From: an uncultured Chloroflexia bacterium
GTDB taxonomy: Bacteria; Chloroflexota; Limnocylindria; Limnocylindrales; CSP1-4
NCBI GenBank assembly: GCA_963766735.1
Contig: CAVYBU010000030.1
Location: 192,001 to 256,000, forward strand
DNA length: 64,000 bases
Direction: 5' to 3'
Under the pieces are notes generated by a model. It worked only from the letters and a program-made list of their open reading frames with translations, was not told where the DNA came from and searched no databases. Both the position numbers and the translations under genes were made by a program. This document shows positions 18,939 to 28,275 of this stretch, piece after piece. Positions within the stretch are counted from its first letter, which is position 1. Each line of letters opens with the position of its first letter.

Positions 18939-19866
18939 GGATCTTCTCCATGAGCCTGTCGCGCCGCATGTCGCCCAGGATGCCAGTCGGCCGGAACAGC
19001 AGCACGATGATCAGCGTGAGCCCGAACACCGCCTCCCGCAGCACCGGGATCGCCTGCGTGTACCACTCGCGCGGGAGGGGCAGGTAGGACTGGATCACGA
19101 TGTCGAACAGCCCCACGGAGAGGACGACGCCAACGACCGCTCCCCAGACGCGCGCCGAGCCGCCCAGCACCAGGCCCACCATGACGGCCAGGGTGAGGTC
19201 GACCCCGAGGTTCGAGATCTCGAGGGTCCGCACGAAGACCCCGTACATCGCGCCCAGGAACCCCATCGCCGCCGAGGTGAGCGCGAACATCCAGAGCTTG
19301 GAGCGGAACGTGGCCTTCCCCAGGCTCCGTGCCAGTGGCTCGTTGCCGCCGATCGCGATCAGGAGGCGCCCGTACGGCGAGCGGTGGACCCGCCACACGT
19401 AGGCCAGGATTGCGGCCACGACGAGGGTCAGGATCACCAGCCACAGGAACTCGTTGTCCTTGACGCCGCCGACGTCAAAGGGGAAGTCGAGTCCACCCAT
19501 GCCGCGCGCCCCGCCGGTGAGGTCATCCTCGGTGGTCGCCAGGATCGCGACGGCGGTGGCGAACCCGAGCGTTCCCACGAGCATGCCGTCCGTGTCGAGG
19601 TCGGAGATCAGCCAGCCGACGAGGAGGCCCGCAAGGCCGGCGACCACGGCCGCCAGCGCGGCGCACACCAGGAACACCAACGGCTCTCCGAACGGCCAGT
19701 CCACCCGGACCTGCAGCACGCCGAAGACGTACATCCCGAGGCCCCAGAAGCCCACCACGCCGAAGTTGGCGACCCGGGTGAGGCCCAGCTGGAGGTGCAG
19801 CAGCAGGCCGAGGCCGATGATCATCACGACCTCGAACAGCCCGGCAATCAGGAATGCGTCGAGCAT
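18928..19866 (-). CDS. ABC transporter permease (LivM-like)
   Basis: Hydrophobic; LTGG..G, SPYGR..IAI, LGG. Confidence 0.88.
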   Translation of the reverse strand: MLDAFLIAGLFEVVMIIGLGLLLHLQLGLTRVANFGVVGFWGLGMYVFGVLQVRVDWPFGEPLVFLVCAALAAVVAGLAGLLVGWLISDLDTDGMLVGTLGFATAVAILATTEDDLTGGARGMGGLDFPFDVGGVKDNEFLWLVILTLVVAAILAYVWRVHRSPYGRLLIAIGGNEPLARSLGKATFRSKLWMFALTSAAMGFLGAMYGVFVRTLEISNLGVDLTLAVMVGLVLGGSARVWGAVVGVVLSVGLFDIVIQSYLPLPREWYTQAIPVLREAVFGLTLIIVLLFRPTGILGDMRRDRLMEKIHGR

Positions 19867-19870
19867 GCCG

Positions 19871-20743
19871 CTACACCTTTGCCGTCTCGGTGAGCCGGCG
19901 ACCGCGCACCTTGAGCAGGACCATGAAGAAGACGATCAGCGCGAGCTGCGCGTAGAGCACCTGGCCGAAGGTCAGGGACATTGCAGCCAGGGCCACGCCC
20001 GTGAGCACCCCGACCCCGATGACGCCGCCGAGCCCCCAGCTGCCACCCACGAGGACCACCAGCAGGATGAACAGGAACTGACGCCAGCCGAGCAGCGGCG
20101 CCACGTTTGAGCCGACACCGAGGAACAAGCCGGCCAGCCCTCCTGCCACGCCGGCGATGAACCAGATCAGCGTCGTGACGGCGAGGGGACGGATCCCGCT
20201 CGCCTGGGCGAGGTCTTCGTCGCTGGCCAGGGCCCGGATCTGGAGGCCGTACCGCGATCGCTGGATGAACAGGTACAGGAGCCCGGCGAGCACGGCGACG
20301 CTGGCGAGCGCGAGCAGGCGGAATGACGTCACCCCGACGCCGATCACCATGACCGTGTCGGGGGGCGGGACGTCGAAGAACCGCACCGGATAGCCGAACA
20401 CGAACTGAAGGCCGTGCCGGAGGAGGATCGACAGTCCGAACGAGATGATGATCAGTTCCAGCGAGCCCACGTTGCGCTTCTTCGCGGGCCGGAAGATGGC
20501 GAAGTAGGTGGCGACGCTGAGGACGCCGGCCATCAGCGCGGCCGGGAGCACGACGGCGTAGAAGTCGAGGCCATACGTGGTGTTGAGCCACATCCCGAAG
20601 TAGGCGCCGAGCGTGATGGTCTCCGAGTACGCCACGTTGATCAGGCCGGTCAGGCGGTACAGCAGGGCGAAGCCCAGCGCTGCCAGGATCAGGGGGGCGT
20701 ACTCGGACAGGCCGATGACCACGGACTGGGTGACGAACTCCAT
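19871..20743 (-). CDS. ABC transporter permease (LivH-like)
   Basis: LAALGFAL....G.IN.A; G..IRALA...LA..SGI. Confidence 0.88.
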   Translation of the reverse strand: MEFVTQSVVIGLSEYAPLILAALGFALLYRLTGLINVAYSETITLGAYFGMWLNTTYGLDFYAVVLPAALMAGVLSVATYFAIFRPAKKRNVGSLELIIISFGLSILLRHGLQFVFGYPVRFFDVPPPDTVMVIGVGVTSFRLLALASVAVLAGLLYLFIQRSRYGLQIRALASDEDLAQASGIRPLAVTTLIWFIAGVAGGLAGLFLGVGSNVAPLLGWRQFLFILLVVLVGGSWGLGGVIGVGVLTGVALAAMSLTFGQVLYAQLALIVFFMVLLKVRGRRLTETAKV

Positions 20744-20926
20744 CAGCCGTGGCCCGCCCGTCGCGGGCATACCGCGTCGCTATTCCAGGCGGCACCGAAC
20801 CCCCGGGATCCCCGGGATCCCAAGGGCATCTCTCTGGTCAATCCTGGTCCGCTCGGGGGGGCTGGCTCATGCCGCTGCTCCTGAGGGGTGCTCGATCACA
20901 TGTGAACTGGGACGCGTGATAGCTGG

Positions 20927-20987
20927 ATCATCGATTATCGAGGATAGTAGACGGCGCACCGCCCCGATGCAAGCGATAATCGATGGC
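20927..20987. promoter_or_regulatory. divergent promoter region with two operator copies (sites 2 and 3)
   Basis: ATCATCGATTATCGA (20927-20941) and GCGATAATCGATGG (20973-20986); minus-strand TTGCAT, 17 bp, TACTAT between them. Confidence 0.65.
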
Positions 20988-21020
20988 CCCGACCGTCGGG
21001 AACAGAGCCGGAGGGCACCA

Positions 21021-21818
21021 ATGGCGGCACACGCGGGCGCGACCATCCCCGACGCGGCGAATCTCGCCCGGCGTCCGCTGGTGGGGACAAGCTGGAAGAT
21101 GAACCTGGTCCCGTCCGAGGCGCGCGCCTGGCTCGAGGCGGCGCACCCGGCCCTCGCGGCCATCGGGGATCGCGACCTGTTCGTGCTGCCCGCGTTCCCG
21201 GCCATCCCTGTCGCGCGCGAGGTGCTCGCCGGCAGCAACGTCGCGTGGGGAGCCCAGGACGTCCACCCGGACGACGCGGGGGCCCACACCGGCGACGTGT
21301 CGGCACCGATGCTCGCGGACCTGGGTTGCCGGTTCGTCGAGGTCGGTCACGCCGAACGGCGGCGCGACCACGGCGAGACGCCCACCCTCGTGGCCGCGAA
21401 GCTGCGGGCGGTCCTGCGCTGGGGAATGGATCCCATCGTGTGCATTGGCGACCGGGAGCGCGGCGAGCCCGCCGCCGCAGCCGCGGCGCTGATCGAGGAG
21501 ATCGGGCTCCTCATCGAAGGGATCGACGACGCCTCGCTCGCGCGCGTCGTGCTGGCGTACGAGCCGGTCTGGGCAATCGGGGAGGGAGCGATGCCGGCGC
21601 CGCCGGACGTCGTGGGGACGGTGCACCGGGCGATCCGCGCGTGGCTCGATGGGCGCAGTCCGGCCGGGGGGCGCGTACGGATCATCTACGGCGGGAGCGT
21701 GGACCCCGACAACGCGGGCCTGCTGCTCGCGCAGGATGGCGTCGACGGCCTGTTCGTCGGCCGGCGGGCGCTGGACCCGGCCGTCTTTGCGGAGATCGCC
21801 TCGACGCCGATTGGCTAG
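21021..21818 (+). CDS. triosephosphate-isomerase-like protein, L-erythrulose-1-phosphate isomerase (EryH/LerI) type
   Basis: GTSWKMN rather than AGNWKMN; GHAERR, YEPVWAIG, YGGSV, GLFVGR. Confidence 0.75.
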   Translation: MAAHAGATIPDAANLARRPLVGTSWKMNLVPSEARAWLEAAHPALAAIGDRDLFVLPAFPAIPVAREVLAGSNVAWGAQDVHPDDAGAHTGDVSAPMLADLGCRFVEVGHAERRRDHGETPTLVAAKLRAVLRWGMDPIVCIGDRERGEPAAAAAALIEEIGLLIEGIDDASLARVVLAYEPVWAIGEGAMPAPPDVVGTVHRAIRAWLDGRSPAGGRVRIIYGGSVDPDNAGLLLAQDGVDGLFVGRRALDPAVFAEIASTPIG

Positions 21819-22288
21819 GCCTTCGGCTCGCCGGCCGCGCCGAGCCGCTGCTCCTCCGCGCTGATGAGGCCCACCTTGCGCGCCGAGCCGCCCCCCGCGA
21901 ACTCCGCGTGCAGCCACGTCCGGACCAGGGTCGCGGCGAGCTCCGGACCGATCACCCGGGCGCCCAGGGTCAGGATCTGGGCGTTGTTCGACTTGCGGGC
22001 CCGCTCGGCCGAGTACGGGTCATGGGCCTGTGCTGCCCGCACCCCCGGCACCTTGTTCGCCGCGATCGCCATCCCGATGCCGGTCCCGCAGATCAGGACG
22101 CCGCGCTCCATCTCGCCGCGTGCGATCGCGTGCGCCACCGCGAACGCCACATCGGGATAGTCAACCGGTTCGGGAGAATGGCAGCCGAAGTCGACCACCT
22201 CCCAGCCCTCGGCGCGGATCACGTCGCACAGCCGGGCCTTGAGCTCGAACCCCGCCTCGTCGCTGCCGATCGCGACCGCCATCGTCAT
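21815..22288 (-). CDS. RpiB-family isomerase, D-erythrulose-4-phosphate isomerase (DerI/EryI) type
   Basis: GSDEAG, DYPD, ICGTGIG, ANKV, HDPYSAERARKSNNAQ. Confidence 0.8.
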   Translation of the reverse strand: MTMAVAIGSDEAGFELKARLCDVIRAEGWEVVDFGCHSPEPVDYPDVAFAVAHAIARGEMERGVLICGTGIGMAIAANKVPGVRAAQAHDPYSAERARKSNNAQILTLGARVIGPELAATLVRTWLHAEFAGGGSARKVGLISAEEQRLGAAGEPKA

Positions 22289-22373
22289 TGCATCCTCCCG
22301 CCGCCGGGCGGCGCCCCGGCGTTCGTGGTGGCGGGGCGCGCGTCGGAGGCTGCGCTCCAACCCCGGCAACCTC

Positions 22374-22392
22374 TACGATTATCGATGATCGA
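22374..22392 (+). promoter_or_regulatory. island operator (site 4) overlapping a TACGAT -10-like box
   Basis: TACGATTATCGATGATCGA in the divergent gap between the RpiB-like and TIM-barrel genes. Confidence 0.6.
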
Positions 22393-22433
22393 GAAAGCGG
22401 CCCGCTCTGCGGATACACGAGGAGGACACCACC

Positions 22434-23285
22434 GTGGCTCGCCAGCACACCCGGAGCGAAGTCCTGGAGCGCCTGTCGGCGACGCTCGCGGGCGGGCACC
22501 CGCTTGTCATCGGCGGCGCCGGGATCGGTCTCGTCGCCAAGGCGGCCGAGCACGGTGGCATCGACCTCGTGATGGTCTACAACACCGGCCCGTTCCGGAT
22601 GGCGGGGCACGGGTCGCTGGCCGGCTACCTGGCCTACGGCGACGCCAACGCGATGACCATGGCGCTCGGTCACGAGGTCCTGAACGCTGTCGATGAGACG
22701 CCGGTGATCGGCGGCATCGGCGCGGCCGACCCGTTCCGGGACATCGGTCGCCTCCTCGACGAGTACATGGCAATGGGTTTCTCGGGGATCACCAACGTCC
22801 CGACCACCGGGCTCTACCAGGGAGCGTTCCGGCGCCACATCGACGCCACCAACCTGGGCTACCCGCGGGAGGTGGACCTGATCCGGATGTGCCGGGAGCG
22901 CGACGTCTTCACCCTCGCCTACGCCTTCTCGACGGAGGAGGCCGCGGCCATGGCGGACGCGGGTGCCGACGTCATCGGCGCGCACGTCGGCCTCACGTCC
23001 GGTGGCTGGATCGGCGCCGAGGAGCGCATGGACGTCGACGCCGCGTGCGAGGCGACCCAGGCCATGCTGGAAGCGGCCAGGGCCGCACGCCCGGACGTGC
23101 TCGTCGTGGCGCACGGCGGCCCGTTCGAGGATCCGGCGTCGGTTGCCCGCGTCCTGGCGACGACGGACGTGGTGGGCTACCTGGGTGCCTCCTCCATCGA
23201 GCGGCTGCCCGTGGAGCGGGCGGTGTCCGGGGTGGTCCGGGAGTTCAAGGCCCTGCCGTTCCGCGCCAACCAGGCGGGGCGGTGA
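22434..23285 (+). CDS. phosphoenolpyruvate hydrolase-like TIM-barrel protein (Tm-1 C-terminal-like), copy 1
   Basis: GGAGIGL.AK, YNTGPFRMAG, YGDAN, HVGLT, HGGP, GASSIERLP. Confidence 0.88.
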   Translation: MARQHTRSEVLERLSATLAGGHPLVIGGAGIGLVAKAAEHGGIDLVMVYNTGPFRMAGHGSLAGYLAYGDANAMTMALGHEVLNAVDETPVIGGIGAADPFRDIGRLLDEYMAMGFSGITNVPTTGLYQGAFRRHIDATNLGYPREVDLIRMCRERDVFTLAYAFSTEEAAAMADAGADVIGAHVGLTSGGWIGAEERMDVDAACEATQAMLEAARAARPDVLVVAHGGPFEDPASVARVLATTDVVGYLGASSIERLPVERAVSGVVREFKALPFRANQAGR

Positions 23286-23312
23286 CCAGCGGGTGCATCG
23301 GAGGCTGCGTCG

Positions 23313-24592
23313 GTGACTGACGAGACCGGTCCGAGCGTCGTCCTCGTCGGGACGCTCGACACGAAGGGGCGGGAGTACGCGTTCGTGCGGGACAGGCTTC
23401 GTGCGGCGGGCATCCCCGTGACCGTGATCGACGTCGGGGTGCTCGGCGATCCGCCGTTTGCCCCTGACGTGACGTCTGCGGAGGTTGCCCAGGCGGCGGG
23501 CGCCGTGCTCGAGCACCTGCGCTTCGCCCGCGAGGGGAGCGACACGCGGGCGGTGGCGCTGGCGGCGATGGGGCGCGGCGCCACGGCGATCGTCCGGCAG
23601 CGGTTCGACGCGGGCCTCGTCCTGGGCGTCATGGGACTCGGGGGCAGCGGCGGCTCGACTGTCGTGTCCGAGGTGCTCCGGTCGCTGCCCGTCGGCGTGC
23701 CCAAGCTGCTCGTCTCCACCCTGGCCTCGGGCGACGTGCGGACGTTCGTCGGCACCAGCGACCTCACCCTCGTTCATCCCGTCACCGATGTCGCGGGGCT
23801 CAATCGTGTGTCGCGCCGCGTGCTCGCCAACGCGGCCAATGCGATGGCCGGGATGGCCCGGTTCCGCGCCGACGACGCGCACGGCGACGCGCCGCTGGTG
23901 GCGATCACGATGTTCGGGGTGACGACCCCTGGCGTGCTGGCGATCCAGGCGGGCCTCGAGGGATGGGCTTCGAGACGATCGTGTTCCACGCCGTGGGCTC
24001 CGGGGGGCGGGCGATGGAGGAGATGATCGATGCCGGGCTGATCGACGCGGTGGTGGACCTCACGACCAGCGAGCTCACCGACGAGCTGCTCGGCGGTGCC
24101 TTCGGGGCCGGTCCGCATCGCCTGGAGGCGGCCGGGCGCCAGGGGATCCCCCAGGTGGTGATCCCGGGCGCGCTCGAGGTGCTCAACTTCGGGCCACGGG
24201 CCTCGGTCCCCTCGCGCTACGACACGCCGGACCGGCCGCTCGTCGTCCACAACCCGTCTGTCTGCGCCGTCCGCACGAACGCGGAGGAGTCCCGCCGGCT
24301 CGGGGAGCTGCTCGCCGTCAAGGTGAACGCCGCGACCGGCCCGTCAGCCGTGGTCCTGCCGACGGATGGCCTGTCCAAGTACGAGCTGCCAGGCGGCCCG
24401 TTCCGGGACCTCGAGGCGGACGAGGTCCTGTTCGGAGCCATCCGCGCGACCCTCCGCCCGGGCATCGTCCTGCGCGAGGTGGACGCGAACGTCAACGACG
24501 CCGAATTCGCCGCAGCCGTGCTGGACGTCTTCCGCGAGCGCTGGACACGTGTCCGGTCACTCCCAGTTCCCCTACCCGAGGAGAGTCGATGA
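23313..24592 (+). pseudogene. Tm-1-like ATP-binding domain protein (UPF0261), split by a frameshift near 23960
   Basis: GTLDTKG, GGSGGS and TMFGVTT in 23313..24026; FHAVGSGG and HNP in 23963..24592; together colinear with the intact paralog at 31101. Could be a sequencing error. Confidence 0.8.
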
Positions 24593-25401
24593 ACCGTGCC
24601 GAGATGCTGGCGCCGCTGAGGGCGCGACGGGCGGCGGGGGAGGCGATCGTGGTCGCCGGCGTGGGGAGCGGCATCACCGCCGACGCGGCGCGTGCCGGTG
24701 GCGCGGACCTGCTCGCCTGCTACGGCACGGCGGTGTACCGGATCCTGGGCGTGCCGACCGTCCTCGCCTTCCTCCCCTACGACGATGCCAACAAGCTCAC
24801 CCTGGAGCTGCTGCCGATCGTCGTCGAGCGGGCCAGGGGCCTGCCGGTCATCGGCGGGCTCGGGGCGCACGATCCGCGCCGATCGCTCGCCTCCCTCGTC
24901 GGCGCCGCCCGGGACGCCGGGGCCTCGGGTGTCACCAACGAGCCGTTCGCAGGGATCTACGGCCCCACCTTCCGCGCGGAGCTGGAGGCCACCGGGTATG
25001 GCTTCTCGCGGGAGCTGTCCATGCTGGAGCTGGCGTCCGGCCAGGGTCTCCTCACGCTCGGGTGGGCGTTCGACCCGGACGAGGCGCGACGCATGGCCGC
25101 GGCGGGCGTGGATGTCGTCGGGACGATGACGGGGATCACGGGCGCGGGATCCGCCGACGGGGCGATGGACGCCTTCGCCGCGATGGTCCGCGCCGCCCGG
25201 GACGAGAACCCGGAGACGATCGTGCTGCTCCATGGGGGGCCGCTGTCCGATCCGGCGTCCGTGGCCACGGGGCTCGCGGCCACCGGCGCCGACGGCTACG
25301 CCACGGGCTCCAGCGCGGAGCGCGGTCCGGTGCTCAGCGGGGTCCGGGAAGCCGTGGCGGCCTTCCGCGCCCTCCGGACGACGAACGCGGCTACCGGGTA
25401 G
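24589..25401 (+). CDS. phosphoenolpyruvate hydrolase-like TIM-barrel protein, copy 2 (divergent)
   Basis: AGVGSGITA, GGADL, PYDDAN, LHGGP, GSSAER. Confidence 0.8.
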   Translation: MNRAEMLAPLRARRAAGEAIVVAGVGSGITADAARAGGADLLACYGTAVYRILGVPTVLAFLPYDDANKLTLELLPIVVERARGLPVIGGLGAHDPRRSLASLVGAARDAGASGVTNEPFAGIYGPTFRAELEATGYGFSRELSMLELASGQGLLTLGWAFDPDEARRMAAAGVDVVGTMTGITGAGSADGAMDAFAAMVRAARDENPETIVLLHGGPLSDPASVATGLAATGADGYATGSSAERGPVLSGVREAVAAFRALRTTNAATG

Positions 25402-25434
25402 GTCCGCCGTCCGGGACTCGGGGTGGGGGAGCAG

Positions 25435-25860
25435 CTACTTGGTGGGGATCTCCCCCGCCGGCACGATCGTGCAATCGGGAAGGCCGCGCAGGAACGCCTC
25501 CGGGCCGCCCGGCGTGTAGATCGCCAGGATGCGGAGCGGCTCCCACGTCGTGTTGATCGTGGAGTGGAACGTGCTGTCCGGGATGAACGCCATGTCGCCC
25601 GCCCTGAGGTGCTTCACCACCGGGTTGCCGTCGGCGTCCTCGATCATCTGGTCGCCCTCGCCCGAGATGAAGTAGAGGACCTCGTCCGAACCGGGGTGGT
25701 TGTGGCGGGCATGACCCTTGCCGGGATCGAGGATGACCACGCCGCTGGTGAAGCGGTCGGCGCCCGTCGTCCGGACCTCGCTCATCCACTTGATCGAGCC
25801 CCAGTCGAAGACCTGGGTCTCGACGTCGTCCGGGGTGATGAACCGAAGATCGGCGGCCAT
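25435..25860 (-). CDS. cupin domain protein
   Basis: GHARHNHPGSDE and FHSTIN cupin motifs. Confidence 0.88.
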   Translation of the reverse strand: MAADLRFITPDDVETQVFDWGSIKWMSEVRTTGADRFTSGVVILDPGKGHARHNHPGSDEVLYFISGEGDQMIEDADGNPVVKHLRAGDMAFIPDSTFHSTINTTWEPLRILAIYTPGGPEAFLRGLPDCTIVPAGEIPTK

Positions 25861-25900
25861 TTCTGCTCCCAGTGCCTGCGCGGTGGTCGTTGGTCGGTCC

Positions 25901-26038
25901 ATAATCGATCATCGATGCCAACCCTGCAAGGCGTCCCGGCCCATGCCGGGCGGGCGCGGGCTCAGCGAGGCAGGTTCGGGCAAGTTCCGGCTTGACGCCG
26001 GACCGGTTCTGTTCCTACCATCGCTAATCGATTATCGA
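25901..26038. promoter_or_regulatory. divergent promoter region with operator sites 5 and 6
   Basis: ATAATCGATCATCGAT (25901-25916); plus-strand TTGACG (25992), 18 bp, TACCAT (26016), then CTAATCGATTATCGA (26024-26038). Confidence 0.7.
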
Positions 26039-26120
26039 ACGTCACTTGTTCGAGACGTCCCGGCACCGGCAGCGCCGGAGCCAGCTCCAGACCCATCTCG
26101 CACCTGTGGGAGTGCACTTC

Positions 26121-26999
26121 TTGCCGAAGGAACTGGTCGAATTCCTGACGGTCGTCCTCAACGGCGTCACGCTCGCAGCCGTGTACTTCATCGTCGCCAG
26201 CGGATTCACCCTGATCTTCGGACTGATGCGGACGACCAACATGGCCCACGGGGCGTTCTACCTGCTCGGCGCGTACGCGGGCTACACGGCCGTGAGCATC
26301 ACCGGCAGCTGGGTGATCGGGCTCCTCGTGGGCGCCGCGGTCGTTGCGGTGGTCGGAACGGCAATCTACCTGGGGCTGCTCGCACGGATGGCCGGCCAGG
26401 ACCTGCGGCAGGCGCTGGTGACGATCGGTGTCTCGATCATCATCGCCGACCTGATGCTCGCCCGGTACGGCGGCGTCACGTACCAGATCCCGGTGCCGAG
26501 CCTCATCTCCGGCAGCACACAGCTGCCGTTCGTGGTCGGTGGCGGGTATTCGACGATCCGGCTGTTCGTGGTGGTGCTCGCAGTCGCGGTCTACGCCGGC
26601 CTGTGGCTGGTGCTCAACCGGACGCGCATCGGCATGTATATCCGGGCGGGCATCGATGATCGCGACATGCTCTCGGCGCTGGGCGTCAACGTGTCGCGCG
26701 TCTTCCTGTTCACGTTCGCCCTCGGCTCGGCCCTGGCGGGGCTTTCCGGCGTCGTCGGCGCGACGGTCCTCTCCGTCTCGCCCGGAGAGGAGGGGCGCTA
26801 CCTGCTGTCGTCCCTCGTCGTCGTGATCGTGGGCGGGATGGGAAGCCTCAGCGGGGCGGCGATCGGCGCCCTGATCGTCGGGCTCGCGGAGCAGGTCGGG
26901 CTGTTCTACGAGCCGACCTATTCGGTCCTGATCACGTTCATCATCATGGCCGGCGTGCTCGCGGTCAGACCCCAGGGTCTGCTGGGGCGACCCGCATGA
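26121..26999 (+). CDS. ABC transporter permease (LivH-like)
   Basis: ASGFTLIFG.M...NMAHG, TRIG..IRAG, VGGMGSL; start uncertain (TTG after GGGAG). Confidence 0.9.
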   Translation: MPKELVEFLTVVLNGVTLAAVYFIVASGFTLIFGLMRTTNMAHGAFYLLGAYAGYTAVSITGSWVIGLLVGAAVVAVVGTAIYLGLLARMAGQDLRQALVTIGVSIIIADLMLARYGGVTYQIPVPSLISGSTQLPFVVGGGYSTIRLFVVVLAVAVYAGLWLVLNRTRIGMYIRAGIDDRDMLSALGVNVSRVFLFTFALGSALAGLSGVVGATVLSVSPGEEGRYLLSSLVVVIVGGMGSLSGAAIGALIVGLAEQVGLFYEPTYSVLITFIIMAGVLAVRPQGLLGRPA

Positions 27000-28183
27000 G
27001 CCGCCTGGCCGGCGGGCGCCGGATCGCGGAGCCCTGGGTGCAGCGGCTCACGCGCCGACCCTGGCTGCTGCCTGCGGCCGGGGTGGCAGCGCTCGTCCTG
27101 TACCCGGTGGTCATGTCACTCATCCTGCCGGCGAACCCGGCCCGGTTCTGGACCCTGTCCATCGGGGCCCAGACCTTCATCCTGGGCATCGTCGCCCTGA
27201 GCCTCGTGTTCATGTCCGCCTATGGCGGCATGGTGTCGCTTGCACAGGCCGCGGTGTCCGGGTTCGCCAGCTACATGGTCGCGCTGGCAGCCCTGGAGCC
27301 GAGCACCAATGCGATCGGCTCCACGATCGGCCTCGGCCTGCCGGCCATCCCGTCGGCGGTGATCGCCCTGGTGCTGGCCACGCTGGCCGGGGTGGTCATC
27401 GGGGCCATCACCGCCCGATCGTTCGGCATCTACGCCCTGATGCTGACCCTCGCCCTGGCGGTCGGGTTCTTCTACCTCGTCCTCCAGAACTACGACATCT
27501 TCGGCGGCCACATCGGGTTCGCCGGCATCGTCGGGCCCACGGGCCAGCCCCGTGCCAATCCGCTCGAGTTCTACTACCTGTGCCTGGTCGCCGCCGCCCT
27601 CACCTACCTGGCACTCCGGTACATCGTCCGGTCCACCCTTGGGCTCACGTTCCAGGGCATCCGGGACAACCCTCGTCGCATGAGCGCGCTGGGCTACCGG
27701 GTGGGGCTGCACCGCATCGTCCTGTTCGCCATCGGCGGCTTCGTCGCCGGCGTCTCGGGCGTCCTGGCGGTCTGGTATCGCGGCAACGTCTCCCCCGGTG
27801 TCGTGGACCTGACCCGAACCATCGACGTGCTGATCGTCGCCGTCATCGGCGGCCTCGGCTACCCGATCGGTGCGTTCGTCGGGTCAGCGGTGTTCCTGAT
27901 CATCGACACCTTCGCCAGCAGCATCCAGATCCTCGACTTCAGCTTCCGGGAGAGGTTCAACTCGCTTATCGGCCTCGGCTTCGTGATCATCGTGCTCGTT
28001 GCCCCCAACGGCATCGTCGGCTTTCTCGATCGCGGCTGGCTGTCCGCCGGGCGACGGGGCGGGAGGCATCGTCGGGCCGTGGACCCGCTGGCCGTGGAGG
28101 CCGGCATCGCCTCGGAGCCGGAACCGATGCCGCTCGTGCCCCCAGAGCTCCCTGACGACGACTCCCCGACCCCAAGCGGCTAG
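26996..28183 (+). CDS. ABC transporter permease (LivM-like)
   Basis: GMVSLAQAA, GIRDNPRR..ALG, IGG, PNGIVG. Confidence 0.9.
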   Translation: MSRLAGGRRIAEPWVQRLTRRPWLLPAAGVAALVLYPVVMSLILPANPARFWTLSIGAQTFILGIVALSLVFMSAYGGMVSLAQAAVSGFASYMVALAALEPSTNAIGSTIGLGLPAIPSAVIALVLATLAGVVIGAITARSFGIYALMLTLALAVGFFYLVLQNYDIFGGHIGFAGIVGPTGQPRANPLEFYYLCLVAAALTYLALRYIVRSTLGLTFQGIRDNPRRMSALGYRVGLHRIVLFAIGGFVAGVSGVLAVWYRGNVSPGVVDLTRTIDVLIVAVIGGLGYPIGAFVGSAVFLIIDTFASSIQILDFSFRERFNSLIGLGFVIIVLVAPNGIVGFLDRGWLSAGRRGGRHRRAVDPLAVEAGIASEPEPMPLVPPELPDDDSPTPSG

Positions 28184-28275
28184 CAGCGCAGGAGGACAGC
28201 AACCCAGAGACGCACAGGGTGATCCATCTGGACCACATGCCTCCCGTGCAGGACACGGAGAGGACAGGAGGAGCG

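Noticed and set aside
12739-20901. Shared 10-mer TCGATCACAT at 12739 and 20892 as a CRP or DeoR site
   Set aside because: Only two copies and no convincing second half-site, so the support is too weak.
21021-21818. Housekeeping tpiA call
   Set aside because: GTSWKMN and GLFVGR replace the canonical AGNWKMN and LVGGAS, so the EryH/LerI-like subfamily fits better.
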